From positions 2,496,001 to 2,560,000 of the forward strand of contig CBDAON010000004.1 in the NCBI GenBank assembly GCA_965198065.1: a DNA stretch of 64,000 nucleotides, given 5' to 3'. The stretch is from Longimicrobiales bacterium. GTDB lineage: Bacteria; Gemmatimonadota; Gemmatimonadetes; Longimicrobiales; Gaopeijiaceae. The notes beneath the pieces were generated by a model. It was not told the DNA's origin, ran no database searches, and worked only from the letters and a program-made list of their open reading frames with translations. Below are positions 20,191 through 29,365 of this stretch, piece after piece. Each line of letters starts with the position of its first letter. Position 1 is the stretch's first letter. A program made the position numbers and the translations under genes.

Positions 20191-20640
20191 ATGGCGGGAT
20201 CCGGTCGGAAACAACTCCAGGAAGCCATCGACAAGATCGAGGGGGCGTACGAGTTCTTCCTCGCGTACGCGGCCCAGGGACTCACTCGGGAGAGCGACGC
20301 CTCGCGTGTCGTAAGGCAATTCAGCGAGCACCTGAACGCCATGGTAGACGGAGTGTCCGTGCTGGGGGCGGCCCTCGGCCGCTTGGTGGAGGAGGAGAGG
20401 CCCGAGGCCGGAGATCAGCTGGGCGCGTTCAAGGAACTCCTGGAGACGGACGCGGCTCGGGCCCGGGTGGCGATGCAGGTCGTCAAGGCGCAGGTTTTCC
20501 CCACCTCGCAGCTCGTGGACAACCTGAACGCCTCCGTCCACGTGCGGGCCCTGCTCACGGACCTCTTCCTCCTGGACGAGGCGCTCCGTCTGGGGGTGGA
20601 CGGCGCGACGAAGCCCGGGCCCTCGAAGTCGCTCTCGTAA
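20191..20640 (+). CDS. Helical hypothetical protein at the end of the oxidoreductase operon
   Basis: 149 aa, host-like codon use, 10 nt after cytochrome b; IEGAYEFFLAYAAQG and SQLVDNLNASVHVRALLTDLFLLDE. Confidence 0.75.
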   Translation: MAGSGRKQLQEAIDKIEGAYEFFLAYAAQGLTRESDASRVVRQFSEHLNAMVDGVSVLGAALGRLVEEERPEAGDQLGAFKELLETDAARARVAMQVVKAQVFPTSQLVDNLNASVHVRALLTDLFLLDEALRLGVDGATKPGPSKSLS

Positions 20641-20644
20641 CACG

Positions 20645-21529
20645 CTGAACTGGGCCGTCCTCGCCGGAGGGTGCGCGATTTTCTACGCGCTCCACGGGGC
20701 ATGGTCGGCGCGTGTGTCTCGCCGATCCGGCGTCGCGTTCGCGGGATGGACGCTCTTCACCTTCGCCCTCCCTCTCTTCCTAGCGTATCTGGCCGCGACC
20801 GGCCTGCCTCCGGTTGACTCACGGTTTTGGCCCGTCTGGGGGTTCAACTGCGTCCTGAACCTGGGGGCGCTCTACTTGTTTCTGTCGGTACTCAGGGACG
20901 GTGAGCTGGGATTCACGTATCCGCTCCTCGCTATCACGCCCCTGTTCGTTGTGCCCGTGGAATGGGTCGCGCTCGGAGTCCTCCCGGGGCGCTTCGCGTT
21001 GGTGGGTATCTTCCTGATCGTCCTCGGCGTCTACCTCCTGAACTTCCAGGGCCTCGGACCGAGGCTCACGGACCCCTTCCGCTCCCTGGCCCGGGATCCT
21101 GGCGCCGTCCGCATGCTCGCGGTGGCCGTGCTTTGGTCGGTCGGAGGCACGCTGGACCGGGTGGCCGTGCTGGCTTCGTCCCCCGCCTTCTACTCCGTCA
21201 TGTTCGCGGGCGGTCTGTCTGCTCTCTTCCTGCTCGTGCTGGTCGTGGGTAGGAAGCGAGACAGCATCGCGCCGCTTCCGGGCCTCCCACGCGTCCGGCT
21301 CTGGGAGCTCGTGGTTCACGGCCTCTTCTTCTCGTGCATGATGATCCTTCAGATGGAGGCCCTGACGAGGGCCCAGGCGTCGTACGTGCTCAGCATCAAG
21401 CGAACGGGGTCCGTTCTCGCGGTGCTCCTCGGCTATCTTGCGTTTCGCGAGCGCTCCTTGGTTCCCAGGCTCGTGGGGGCACTGATCACGGTCGCGGGAG
21501 CCTTCGTCCTCGTCCTGTCCGCTTCGTGA
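20645..21529 (+). CDS. EamA/DMT family transporter (probable CTG start)
   Basis: Multi-TM DMT pattern, SYVLSIKRT; an in-frame hydrophobic helix NWAVLAGGCAIFYAL lies upstream of GTG 20714. Confidence 0.8.
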   Translation: MNWAVLAGGCAIFYALHGAWSARVSRRSGVAFAGWTLFTFALPLFLAYLAATGLPPVDSRFWPVWGFNCVLNLGALYLFLSVLRDGELGFTYPLLAITPLFVVPVEWVALGVLPGRFALVGIFLIVLGVYLLNFQGLGPRLTDPFRSLARDPGAVRMLAVAVLWSVGGTLDRVAVLASSPAFYSVMFAGGLSALFLLVLVVGRKRDSIAPLPGLPRVRLWELVVHGLFFSCMMILQMEALTRAQASYVLSIKRTGSVLAVLLGYLAFRERSLVPRLVGALITVAGAFVLVLSAS

Positions 21530-21572
21530 AGGCTGGGTCCGAGGTCGTTCCGGGGTACAAGCGCGAGCGCGG

Positions 21573-21601
21573 TTGACCCCTCGAACCACCCGGGTTAGAG
21601 T
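21573..21601 (+). promoter_or_regulatory. Putative sigma70 promoter for thrS
   Basis: TTGACC-17 nt-TAGAGT. Confidence 0.55.
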
Positions 21602-21666
21602 CGGACGCTCGGCGCGCGGGGACGTAGCCCCGCGCCCGTAGAGCCCCACCTCCGAACCCGATTCCG

Positions 21667-23667
21667 ATGTCCTCCCAGGTGCCCCCCGACGCGATACGGA
21701 TCACTCTCCCCGACGGGAAGGTGCTGGAGCTCCCGATGGGAGCCACGGCGGCCGACGCGGCGGCCGCTATCGGACCGGGGCTCGCGAAAGCGGCCGTAGG
21801 GGCTGAGGTGGATGGCCAGGTCGTGGACCTGAGCCTCCCCCTCGAGACCGACGCTGGCCTTCGCCTCCTCACGGACCGGGATCCGGAGGCGCTCGCCGTC
21901 CTCCGCCATTCGGCGGCCCACGTGCTGGCCACGGCTGTCCGCGAGCTTCGCCCTGGCGCCCAGATCGGGTTCGGGCCCGCGATCGAGGACGGGTTCTACT
22001 ACGACTTCGGGGTCGAGGCCCCCTTCACCCCAGACGATCTGGAGGCGTTCGAGAAGGAGATGGCCAAGGTGGTCCAGGCGGATCACCCCTTCGAGCGTCG
22101 CCAGGTCAGCAAAGAAGAGGCGCGCTCCCTGTTCCAGGACGACCCCTTGAAGCTTGAGCGGCTCGAGGAGCTCGGGGACGACGAGGTCATCACGGTCTAC
22201 CGGGACGGGCCCTTCCTCGATCTGTGCCGCGGACCCCACGTCCCTTCCACCGTAAGGCTCCAGCACTTCAAGCTCCTCTCCGCGGCGGGGGCGTATTGGA
22301 GGGGAGATGAGCGCCGTCAGATGCTCCAGCGCATCTACGGGACCGCGTTCTTCAAGCGGGAGGACCTCGAGCGGTACCTCGAGCGGCTCGAGGAGGCCCG
22401 GAAGCGGGATCACCGCCTCCTGGGCAAGGAGCTGGGTCTCTTCTCGATCCAGGAGGACGTGGGGCCGGGGCTCGTCTTCTGGCATCCGCCGGGCGCGATC
22501 ATTCAGTTCGAGTTGAGGCGGTTCATCGAGGACGAGATCCTCAAGCGAGACTACCAACTCGTCTACACGCCACACATCTCGCGTGAGGCCCTCTTCGAGC
22601 GGTCGGGTCACCTGCCCCTCTACGCCGCCAACCAGTTTCCCGAGATGGCGGGGGGCGAGGGCGAGGCCCGCGAGGTGCGGTATCGGGTGAAGCCAATGAA
22701 CTGCCCGATGCACATCCTCCTCTACGCGGCCCAACCGCGCTCCTACCGCGACCTTCCAGTGCGCCTTGCCGAGGTGGCTTCGGTCTATCGGAACGAGCGA
22801 TCCGGCACGCTCCACGGAATGCTTCGAGTGCGCGGCCTCACGATGGACGACGCCCACATCTTCTGCGCGATGGATCAGGTAGAGGAGGAAGTCTTCCAGG
22901 TTCTCGATCTGGTGCACTTCGTTCTCGGCGAGACGTTCGGTCTCTCGTACCGACTCGACCTGGCGACCCGCCCGGTGGACAAGCTGGGTGCGGAAGAGGA
23001 GTGGGACCGGGCCGAGGCCGCTCTCAGGGGCGCGCTCGACCGGCGGGGTGTCGCGTACCGGGTGGACGCCCGAGGGGGCGCGTTCTACGGCCCCAAGATC
23101 GACGTCAAGTTCGACGACGCGATCGGGCGCGAGTGGCAGGGCGCCACGATCCAACTCGACTTTCAGCTCCCAGAGCGTTTTGGTCTTGAGTACGTCGGTG
23201 CCGACAACCACCCTCATCGCCCCGTCATGATCCACCGTGCGATCTTTGGGACGCTGGAGCGCTTCGTGGGCTTTCTCATCGAGCACTTCGCGGGCGCGTT
23301 TCCCGTCTGGCTGGCGCCCGAGCAGGTACGGATCCTTCCGGTCTCGGAGGAGTGGGCCGGGGAAGCGGAGGCCTACGTGAAGGAGCTGCGCGGGCACGGG
23401 ATCCGAGCATCTCTCGCCGAGCGGGAGAGCCTCTCCTACCGCATCCGTGACGCCGAGCTCCGGAAGGTCTCGTACATGGGCGTGATCGGGGAGCGCGAGG
23501 CGGCCGACGGAACCGTGGCCGTCCGGACCCGCGGTGCCGGGAAGAAACAGGAAGTCATGGAGCGGGGGGCGTTCCTCGAGCGGGTGCTCGGCGGGATCCG
23601 GGCGCGGAGTCTGGAGCTTGCATACGCCCCGTCCGGGACGGGGAGATCGCGAGGAGGCGCTGCTTGA
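21667..23667 (+). CDS. thrS: Threonine--tRNA ligase
   Basis: TGS domain, RHSAAH, DLCRGPH, KPMNCP, FYGPKID, IHRAIFGTLERF. Confidence 0.97.
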   Translation: MSSQVPPDAIRITLPDGKVLELPMGATAADAAAAIGPGLAKAAVGAEVDGQVVDLSLPLETDAGLRLLTDRDPEALAVLRHSAAHVLATAVRELRPGAQIGFGPAIEDGFYYDFGVEAPFTPDDLEAFEKEMAKVVQADHPFERRQVSKEEARSLFQDDPLKLERLEELGDDEVITVYRDGPFLDLCRGPHVPSTVRLQHFKLLSAAGAYWRGDERRQMLQRIYGTAFFKREDLERYLERLEEARKRDHRLLGKELGLFSIQEDVGPGLVFWHPPGAIIQFELRRFIEDEILKRDYQLVYTPHISREALFERSGHLPLYAANQFPEMAGGEGEAREVRYRVKPMNCPMHILLYAAQPRSYRDLPVRLAEVASVYRNERSGTLHGMLRVRGLTMDDAHIFCAMDQVEEEVFQVLDLVHFVLGETFGLSYRLDLATRPVDKLGAEEEWDRAEAALRGALDRRGVAYRVDARGGAFYGPKIDVKFDDAIGREWQGATIQLDFQLPERFGLEYVGADNHPHRPVMIHRAIFGTLERFVGFLIEHFAGAFPVWLAPEQVRILPVSEEWAGEAEAYVKELRGHGIRASLAERESLSYRIRDAELRKVSYMGVIGEREAADGTVAVRTRGAGKKQEVMERGAFLERVLGGIRARSLELAYAPSGTGRSRGGAA

Positions 23668-23691
23668 CGGTCTGCCCCCCGGGGGTATCTT
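23664..23691 (+). promoter_or_regulatory. Putative sigma70 promoter for infC-rpmI-rplT
   Basis: TTGACG-16 nt-TATCTT overlapping the thrS stop. Confidence 0.55.
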
Positions 23692-23709
23692 TGGAGGTCG
23701 TGACAATCA

Positions 23710-23858
23710 GGAAGTGAAGGGGAGTCCCTTCCACCTTTCGGCCCGCCTCTCTCCGTCGGAGGCCTCGGGGCCGCCGGGTCAGGATGTCGGGGCCGCGAAG
23801 GCGTCTCTTCTCCCCCCGGCCCTCTCGGCCCGGACTGTCGCCCGGGCCGCTCTCTTTT
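23710..23858 (+). promoter_or_regulatory. Structured leader, candidate L20-leader/attenuator
   Basis: GAAGGG-GAGT-CCCTTC hairpin at 23716-23731 and CGGCCCGG/CCGGGCCG hairpin followed by CTCTCTTTT at 23826-23858, upstream of infC. Confidence 0.45.
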
Positions 23859-23898
23859 GCAGGCGCTCGGGTGCCGAGACGGAACGGAGGGAACTGCC

Positions 23899-24417
23899 AT
23901 AAGGGAGCAGAGGGTCCGAGTCAACGATCAGATCCGGATCAGCCCGATCCGGCTCATCGATGCCGATGGAGAGCAGCTGGGGATCGTCTCGCTGGACGAG
24001 GCGAGGAATCGGGCGACCGAGGCGGGATTGGACCTGGTGGAAGTGGCGCCCGACGCGCGCCCTCCGGTGTGCCGCCTGATGGATTACGGGAAGTTCAAGT
24101 ACGAGGAGGCGAGGCGGGCCCGCGAAGCGAAGAAGAAGCAGCACACGATGCAGGTGAAGGAGGTGAAGTATCGCCCCGGCATCGAGGAGCACGACTACGA
24201 GTTCAAGACGAGGCACGTGCGCCGCTTCCTCGAGGACGGGGACAAGGTAAAGGTCACGATGATGTTCCGGGGACGGCAACTCTCCCACCCGGAGCTGGGG
24301 CTTGAGGTGCTGGAGCGGGTTCTGGGAGACGTGGAAGACATTGGAAAAATCGAGAGCCAGCCGACCCGCGAGGGACGCACGATGATGATGGTCCTGGCCC
24401 CCCTCAACACGAAATAG
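23899..24417 (+). CDS. infC: Translation initiation factor IF-3 (ATA start)
   Basis: [39 protein letters not shown] at 23886-23890 then in-frame ATA at 23899. Confidence 0.95.
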   Translation: MREQRVRVNDQIRISPIRLIDADGEQLGIVSLDEARNRATEAGLDLVEVAPDARPPVCRLMDYGKFKYEEARRAREAKKKQHTMQVKEVKYRPGIEEHDYEFKTRHVRRFLEDGDKVKVTMMFRGRQLSHPELGLEVLERVLGDVEDIGKIESQPTREGRTMMMVLAPLNTK

Positions 24418-24424
24418 ACTCGAT

Positions 24425-24622
24425 ATGCCCAAGATGAAGTCAAACCGGGCTGCGTCGAAGCGGTTCAAGAAGACGGGGACAGGAAAGGTCAAGCGCCGCA
24501 AGGCGTACAAGAGCCACATCCTCACGAAGAAGTCCACGAAGAGGAAGCGCCACCTCCGTAAGAGCACCCTCGTCTCCAGGGCGGACAAAGGGCGTATCCG
24601 TCGGCTGATCCCCGGGTCGTAA
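24425..24622 (+). CDS. rpmI: 50S ribosomal protein L35
   Basis: [27 protein letters not shown]. Confidence 0.97.
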   Translation: MPKMKSNRAASKRFKKTGTGKVKRRKAYKSHILTKKSTKRKRHLRKSTLVSRADKGRIRRLIPGS

Positions 24623-24635
24623 GGGAGCTTTCCTC

Positions 24636-24998
24636 ATGCCACGCAGCACCGGCGCCCCGGCGCGGAAGGACCGGAGGAAGAAGATCCTGAAGGCGGCGAA
24701 GGGCTACTTCGGGGGACGAAAAAACCTCTACCGGACCGCGAAGGACGCGGTCGAAAAGGGGTGGGAGCATGCCTATCGGGACCGGAAGAAGAAGAAGAGG
24801 AACTTCCGGAGGCTATGGATCGCTCGGATCAACGCGGCCGCAAGGCAGCACGAGCTCTCGTACTCCCGCTTCATGAACGGGCTCAAGGAATCTGGAGTCG
24901 AGCTTGACCGGCGCGCGCTTGCCGACCTGGCCGTGAAGGATCCGGTGGCCTTCGGAGCCCTGGCTTCCCAGGCGAAGGAGAAGCTGGCGGGTCGCTGA
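24636..24998 (+). CDS. rplT: 50S ribosomal protein L20
   Basis: [34 protein letters not shown]. Confidence 0.97.
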   Translation: MPRSTGAPARKDRRKKILKAAKGYFGGRKNLYRTAKDAVEKGWEHAYRDRKKKKRNFRRLWIARINAAARQHELSYSRFMNGLKESGVELDRRALADLAVKDPVAFGALASQAKEKLAGR

Positions 24999-25157
24999 GG
25001 CGGGCCTTTCGCCAACGGCGAGCCCTCTCACCCGGGTACGGCCCGACGGCCCGGGGACGTTCGTGAGGCTCTGGGGGAGAGACGGCCTCCGGAGCCTCCT
25101 CCGTAACCGCGGGCGACCGTGACGATCGTGCGCCACGCGAGCGCTTACGAGCTGTCT

Positions 25158-26189
25158 ATGTCTGGCGACGGAACGTTGATCGAGCGGCTGAGGCGCCTCG
25201 AGACCGAGGCCCTCCAGGCCGTCGAGTCAGCCGATGGTCCGGCCTCCGTCGAGCGGGTTCGGGTCGAGTACCTGGGGCGAAAGGACGGCCGGATCTCGGC
25301 GATCCTGAAGGAACTCGGAAGGCTTCCCGCAGAGGAGCGACCGGCAGTCGGGGCCGAGGCGAACCGGGTGAAGGAGCGCCTCGAGGAAGCCCTTGAGGCG
25401 CGCGAGAGGGACGTGTCGATCGGTGCGGCCCCGGCCACCGTCGAAGAGGATCTGACGCTCCCGGGCCGCGAGCGATGGATCGGAGCCCGCCATCCGGTCA
25501 CTCAGGTGATCGACGACATCGTCGCGATCTTCCGGGGGCTTGGCTTCACGCTTGCCCGCGGGCCGGAGGCCGAGACGGAGTGGTACAACTTCGAGGCGCT
25601 GAACACTCCCCTCGATCACCCCGCCGCCGACGAGCAGGACACGCTCTACCTCACGGGCGGGCATCTCCTCCGCAGCCACACGTCTCCGGTCCAGGTACGG
25701 GTCATGGAGCGGTATCGCCCGCCCATCCGCATCCTTGCCCCCGGATGGGTCTACCGGCGGGACGCGTACGACGCGACCCACACGCCCGCGTTCGCACAGC
25801 TCGAGGGACTCGTGGTGGACGAGGGGATCAGCTTCGTCGATCTCACGGCGACCCTCGGAGAGTTCGCGCGCCGGTCGTGGGGGCCGGGGACACGGGTGCG
25901 CTTCCGTCCCTCGTTCTTCCCGTTCACGGAGCCGTCCGCCGAGGTGGACGTGAAGCGGACCTTCGTGGACGCGGACGGCCAGGAACGCGAGACGGACTGG
26001 ATCGAGATCATGGGCGCGGGAATGGTGGATCCGGCCGTCTTCGAGGCGTGCGGGATCGACCCGGAGCGCTATACGGGGTTCGCGTTCGGGATGGGCCCCG
26101 GCCGGATCGCGCTCCTCAAGCACGGGATCCCCGACCTCCGCCTTTTCTTCGAAAACGACGTGCGCTTCCTCGGCCAGTTCGCCCGATGA
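25158..26189 (+). CDS. pheS: Phenylalanine--tRNA ligase alpha subunit
   Basis: LLRSHTSPVQ, RFRPSFFPFTEPS, GFAFGMG. Confidence 0.96.
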   Translation: MSGDGTLIERLRRLETEALQAVESADGPASVERVRVEYLGRKDGRISAILKELGRLPAEERPAVGAEANRVKERLEEALEARERDVSIGAAPATVEEDLTLPGRERWIGARHPVTQVIDDIVAIFRGLGFTLARGPEAETEWYNFEALNTPLDHPAADEQDTLYLTGGHLLRSHTSPVQVRVMERYRPPIRILAPGWVYRRDAYDATHTPAFAQLEGLVVDEGISFVDLTATLGEFARRSWGPGTRVRFRPSFFPFTEPSAEVDVKRTFVDADGQERETDWIEIMGAGMVDPAVFEACGIDPERYTGFAFGMGPGRIALLKHGIPDLRLFFENDVRFLGQFAR

Positions 26190-28630
26190 AAGTCTCCTAT
26201 AGCTGGCTCCAGGAAGTGGCGCCCGATCTCCAGGCGCCGCTGGAGGAGCTCGTCGAGCGGGCCGCGATGCTGGGCTTTCCGGTTGAGGAGCTCCGCTCGC
26301 TCTCCGAGGGGCTGCAGGACGTTGTTGTCGCGAACGTGCTCTCGGTTCGTCCGCACCCGAGTGCCGACCGGCTCCGGTTGTGCCGGGTGGACGGTGGGGC
26401 GGGGGAGGTCCAGGTGGTCTGCGGCGCCCCGAACGTGGACGCGGGCGGATGGTACCCGTTCGCGCCCGTGGGTGCCTCGCTCCCGGGAGGCACCCGGATC
26501 GGGAAGGCGAAGCTCAGGGGCGAGGTGTCCGAGGGCATGCTGTGCTCCGAGCGGGAGCTGGGCCTCGGGCCCGGGAAGGACGGACTCATGGTGCTCCCGG
26601 GGCCTCTCCGCCCGGGTGCATCCCTGGTGGAGTCGATCGGGCTGGACGACTTCCGCCTGGACGTCGAGGTCACGGCGAATCGCGGGGACCTCTTATCCCA
26701 CGAGGGAATCGCCCGGGAGCTTGGGCCGGGCGGACACGTGAGCCTCCGGCTCCCGCCCGTCCCGGGCGAGGACGGGGCAGCGCTGGGTGTGCTCGAGGCC
26801 CTCCGGCTGGCGACGGATCCGCAGGAGGCAGCCGGCGGTGGAGTCGCGGTCCGGATCGACGCGCCGGCGCTCTGCGCCCGTTATCTGGGCCTGGTCGTGC
26901 GCGGAATTCGGGTCGGTCCGTCTCCCCCCTGGCTCCAATCCCGGATCCGGGCCGTGGGCGCGAAACCCATCAACAACGTCGTGGACGCGACGAACTACGC
27001 GCTCCTCGAGCTGGGGCAGCCCCTCCACGCGTTCGACCTGGCCAAGGTGGGAGGGGGGCGCATCGTTGTCCGGACCGCCCGGGCCGGCGAGACGATCCGC
27101 ACGCTGGACGGGGTGGAGCGTGCCCTCGCTCCCGACATGCTCGCGATCTGCGACGTGGAGCGACCCGTTGCGGTCGCCGGGGTAATGGGCGGGGCCGACT
27201 CCGAGGTGACCGAGGACACCGTGGACGTGCTCCTCGAGTGCGCGCTCTTCCAGCCGACCTCGATCCGCTCGACCAGAAAGGCGCTCGGGCTCTCGACGGA
27301 CGCGTCGTATCGCTTCGAGCGCGGGGTGGACCCGGAGGGGATGGTACGGGCCCTCCTGCGTGCCGCGAGGGTCATCTTGGCGACCGCGGGAGGGAGCGTG
27401 GAGGGCCCGATCGCCGACTGCGCCCCGCGGTCGTTCGCGAGATCGAGGGTGACGCTTCGCGCCGAGCGGGTCGAGCGGGTCCTGGGTATGCGTTTCGAGC
27501 CCGAGACACTCACCAGCCTCCTCACCCACTTGGGGTTCGCGGTGACGAATAGCGGCGATGCGGGAGGCTCGGCCCTCGAGGTCGGCATACCCGGGTTCCG
27601 GAGCTATGATGTGACCCGGGAGGTGGACCTGATCGAGGAGGTGGCGCGCCTCCACGGGTACGATCGGTTCCCCGACGAGCCCCGGCCCTTCCGGACGGGA
27701 ACGGTGCCCGACCATCCGCTCTTTTGCCTGGAGGATGAGCTTCGGGACGAGCTCACGGGGTGGGGGTTCTTCGAGGCGCAGACGCCCGCGTTCGCGCCGG
27801 AGGGGGAGGTGGAGATCCTGAACCCCGTCTCGGCCGACGAGCGCTTCCTGCGCGCCACGCTCCTTCCGGGGCTCGCGCGCGGGATCGAGCACAACGCGGC
27901 CCGGGGGAACCGGGACGTCCGGCTCTTCGAGCTGGGAACCGCCTTCCGGCGAGGAGAGCCCGGAGCGCCCCCGTCCGAGTCCACCCATCTGGCCTTGCTC
28001 ATGCACGGGCGGCGAGCGGCGCAGCACTGGAGCGGTGAGGCCACGCCCCTGGACCTCTGGGACCTGAAGGGGATCCTCGGCCGAGTGGTGGGGCGGCTGT
28101 CCGGGGACGGTTGGGTCCTGTCGGCGGATCGGCCCACCGGAGAGACGGGTGGGGGGCTTCCCGACTGCGCGACCTACTTCGTCTACGACGGATCCGGCGC
28201 GCTGGTGGGCGCCGGGGGACAGATGGCTTCCGATCGGCTCGACCTGCCCCCCTGGGCGGGGGAGGTCTGGGCGGCCGAGGTAACGCTTCCCGCGGAGCCC
28301 AAGGCGAGGCCCGTCGTGGCCCACCAGCCCGTCCCTGCGTACCCGGGAGTGGAGCGGGACCTGGCCGTCCTGGTCCCCACCGGCGTCAGGGTCGATGCAG
28401 TCCTGGGTGTGGCCAGGGCGCGCGGAGGGGAGCACCTGGCCGAGCTCGCCGTGTTCGACGTGTACCGCAACGAGAGCATGCCGCCGGGGGACCGCTCGGT
28501 GGCCGTCCGGCTCCGGTTCCGGGCCGCCGATCGGACGCTGAGGGACGATGAGGTGGACGAGGCCGTGCGATCCGTGGTCCGGGCGCTTGAGGAGGATCTA
28601 CGTGTCAGAGTCCGAGGCCAGACCGGCTGA
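26186..28630 (+). CDS. pheT: Phenylalanine--tRNA ligase beta subunit
   Basis: MKVSYSWL, HPSADRL, VCGAPN, NRGDLLS, RFERGVD, DLIEEVAR; ATGA overlap with pheS. Confidence 0.96.
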   Translation: MKVSYSWLQEVAPDLQAPLEELVERAAMLGFPVEELRSLSEGLQDVVVANVLSVRPHPSADRLRLCRVDGGAGEVQVVCGAPNVDAGGWYPFAPVGASLPGGTRIGKAKLRGEVSEGMLCSERELGLGPGKDGLMVLPGPLRPGASLVESIGLDDFRLDVEVTANRGDLLSHEGIARELGPGGHVSLRLPPVPGEDGAALGVLEALRLATDPQEAAGGGVAVRIDAPALCARYLGLVVRGIRVGPSPPWLQSRIRAVGAKPINNVVDATNYALLELGQPLHAFDLAKVGGGRIVVRTARAGETIRTLDGVERALAPDMLAICDVERPVAVAGVMGGADSEVTEDTVDVLLECALFQPTSIRSTRKALGLSTDASYRFERGVDPEGMVRALLRAARVILATAGGSVEGPIADCAPRSFARSRVTLRAERVERVLGMRFEPETLTSLLTHLGFAVTNSGDAGGSALEVGIPGFRSYDVTREVDLIEEVARLHGYDRFPDEPRPFRTGTVPDHPLFCLEDELRDELTGWGFFEAQTPAFAPEGEVEILNPVSADERFLRATLLPGLARGIEHNAARGNRDVRLFELGTAFRRGEPGAPPSESTHLALLMHGRRAAQHWSGEATPLDLWDLKGILGRVVGRLSGDGWVLSADRPTGETGGGLPDCATYFVYDGSGALVGAGGQMASDRLDLPPWAGEVWAAEVTLPAEPKARPVVAHQPVPAYPGVERDLAVLVPTGVRVDAVLGVARARGGEHLAELAVFDVYRNESMPPGDRSVAVRLRFRAADRTLRDDEVDEAVRSVVRALEEDLRVRVRGQTG

Positions 28631-28919
28631 AGTGACCGAGCGCGAGTCGCTCACCCGCCTCGAGGCCGCCGTGGGCCGGTTGGTCGACCGCTGTCACGAG
28701 GCCGGCGCCCGCGCCCTCAAGGCCGAAGCGCGGGTCCGGGACCTCGAGGTCCTGCTTAAGCGTTTCACGAAAGGAGAAGTCGATCCGGCCGCCCTCCAGG
28801 CGCGCATCTCGAGCCTCGAGGAGGATGAAGCGGAGCTCCGGAGGCGGCTGATGGAGGGCCGCACCGGGGTCGAGCGCCTCCTGTCCCAGATTCGGTTTCT
28901 GGACGAGAGGGCCCCATGA
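28602..28919 (+). CDS. ZapB-like coiled-coil protein
   Basis: Short coiled coil between pheT and zapA; GAGGAGG RBS before GTG 28602. Confidence 0.7.
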   Translation: MSESEARPAEVTERESLTRLEAAVGRLVDRCHEAGARALKAEARVRDLEVLLKRFTKGEVDPAALQARISSLEEDEAELRRRLMEGRTGVERLLSQIRFLDERAP

Positions 28920-29221
28920 GCGAGCGTCCCAATAAGAGTGTCACGGTCCGGATCGCGGGCGAGGAGCACGTTCTCCGGTCCTCGGCGGAGCCGGAGTACA
29001 CCGCGCGGTGCGCGGGCTTCCTTGACGAGCGTATTCGGGAGGTTCGAGCGCACGGGGGCCCCGCCGACGCGCACCGGGCCGTCATCCTGGCCGCCCTCTC
29101 CATCACCGATCGCTACCTCCAGGCGCAGGAGGAGCTGGACCGCCTCCGGGCGGAGGTGCAGTCCCGCTCCCAGAGGCTCGTGGCGCGCATCGAGGCCGAG
29201 CTCGGGAAGCCAGCGCGCTGA
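28916..29221 (+). CDS. zapA: Cell division protein ZapA
   Basis: VTVRIAGEEHVL, AVILAALSI; position after pheT. Confidence 0.9.
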   Translation: MSERPNKSVTVRIAGEEHVLRSSAEPEYTARCAGFLDERIREVRAHGGPADAHRAVILAALSITDRYLQAQEELDRLRAEVQSRSQRLVARIEAELGKPAR

Positions 29222-29240
29222 GGGGCCCCAAGGCCCGCTC

Positions 29241-29270
29241 TTGCGGCCTTTTGTGGGCGGTTCCTATTGT
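29241..29270 (+). promoter_or_regulatory. Putative sigma70 promoter for rny
   Basis: TTGCGG-18 nt-TATTGT. Confidence 0.4.
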
Positions 29271-29365
29271 AACCGGCGATTGAACGCGGGACGGCCCCAG
29301 ACGCTCCGGGGTCGGCTCCTTGGCCTTCCTCCGGGCGCTTTCGTGCCCGATCTCGGAGTGAATAC

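Noticed and set aside
21595..23706. 703-aa ORF antisense to thrS, and similar long antisense or alternate-frame ORFs throughout
   Set aside because: Shadow ORFs of high-GC coding sequence with no motifs
25475..26185. Apparent N-terminal extension of PheT (1051 aa); similar extensions on xseA, xseB, xdhC, dxs and infC
   Set aside because: They overlap upstream genes or leaders; better starts exist at stop/start overlaps or RBS-supported codons
29222..29365. 6S RNA in its common position after zapA
   Set aside because: Only 144 nt, part of it promoter-like; no long rod with a central bubble could be drawn. An Rfam scan would settle it.
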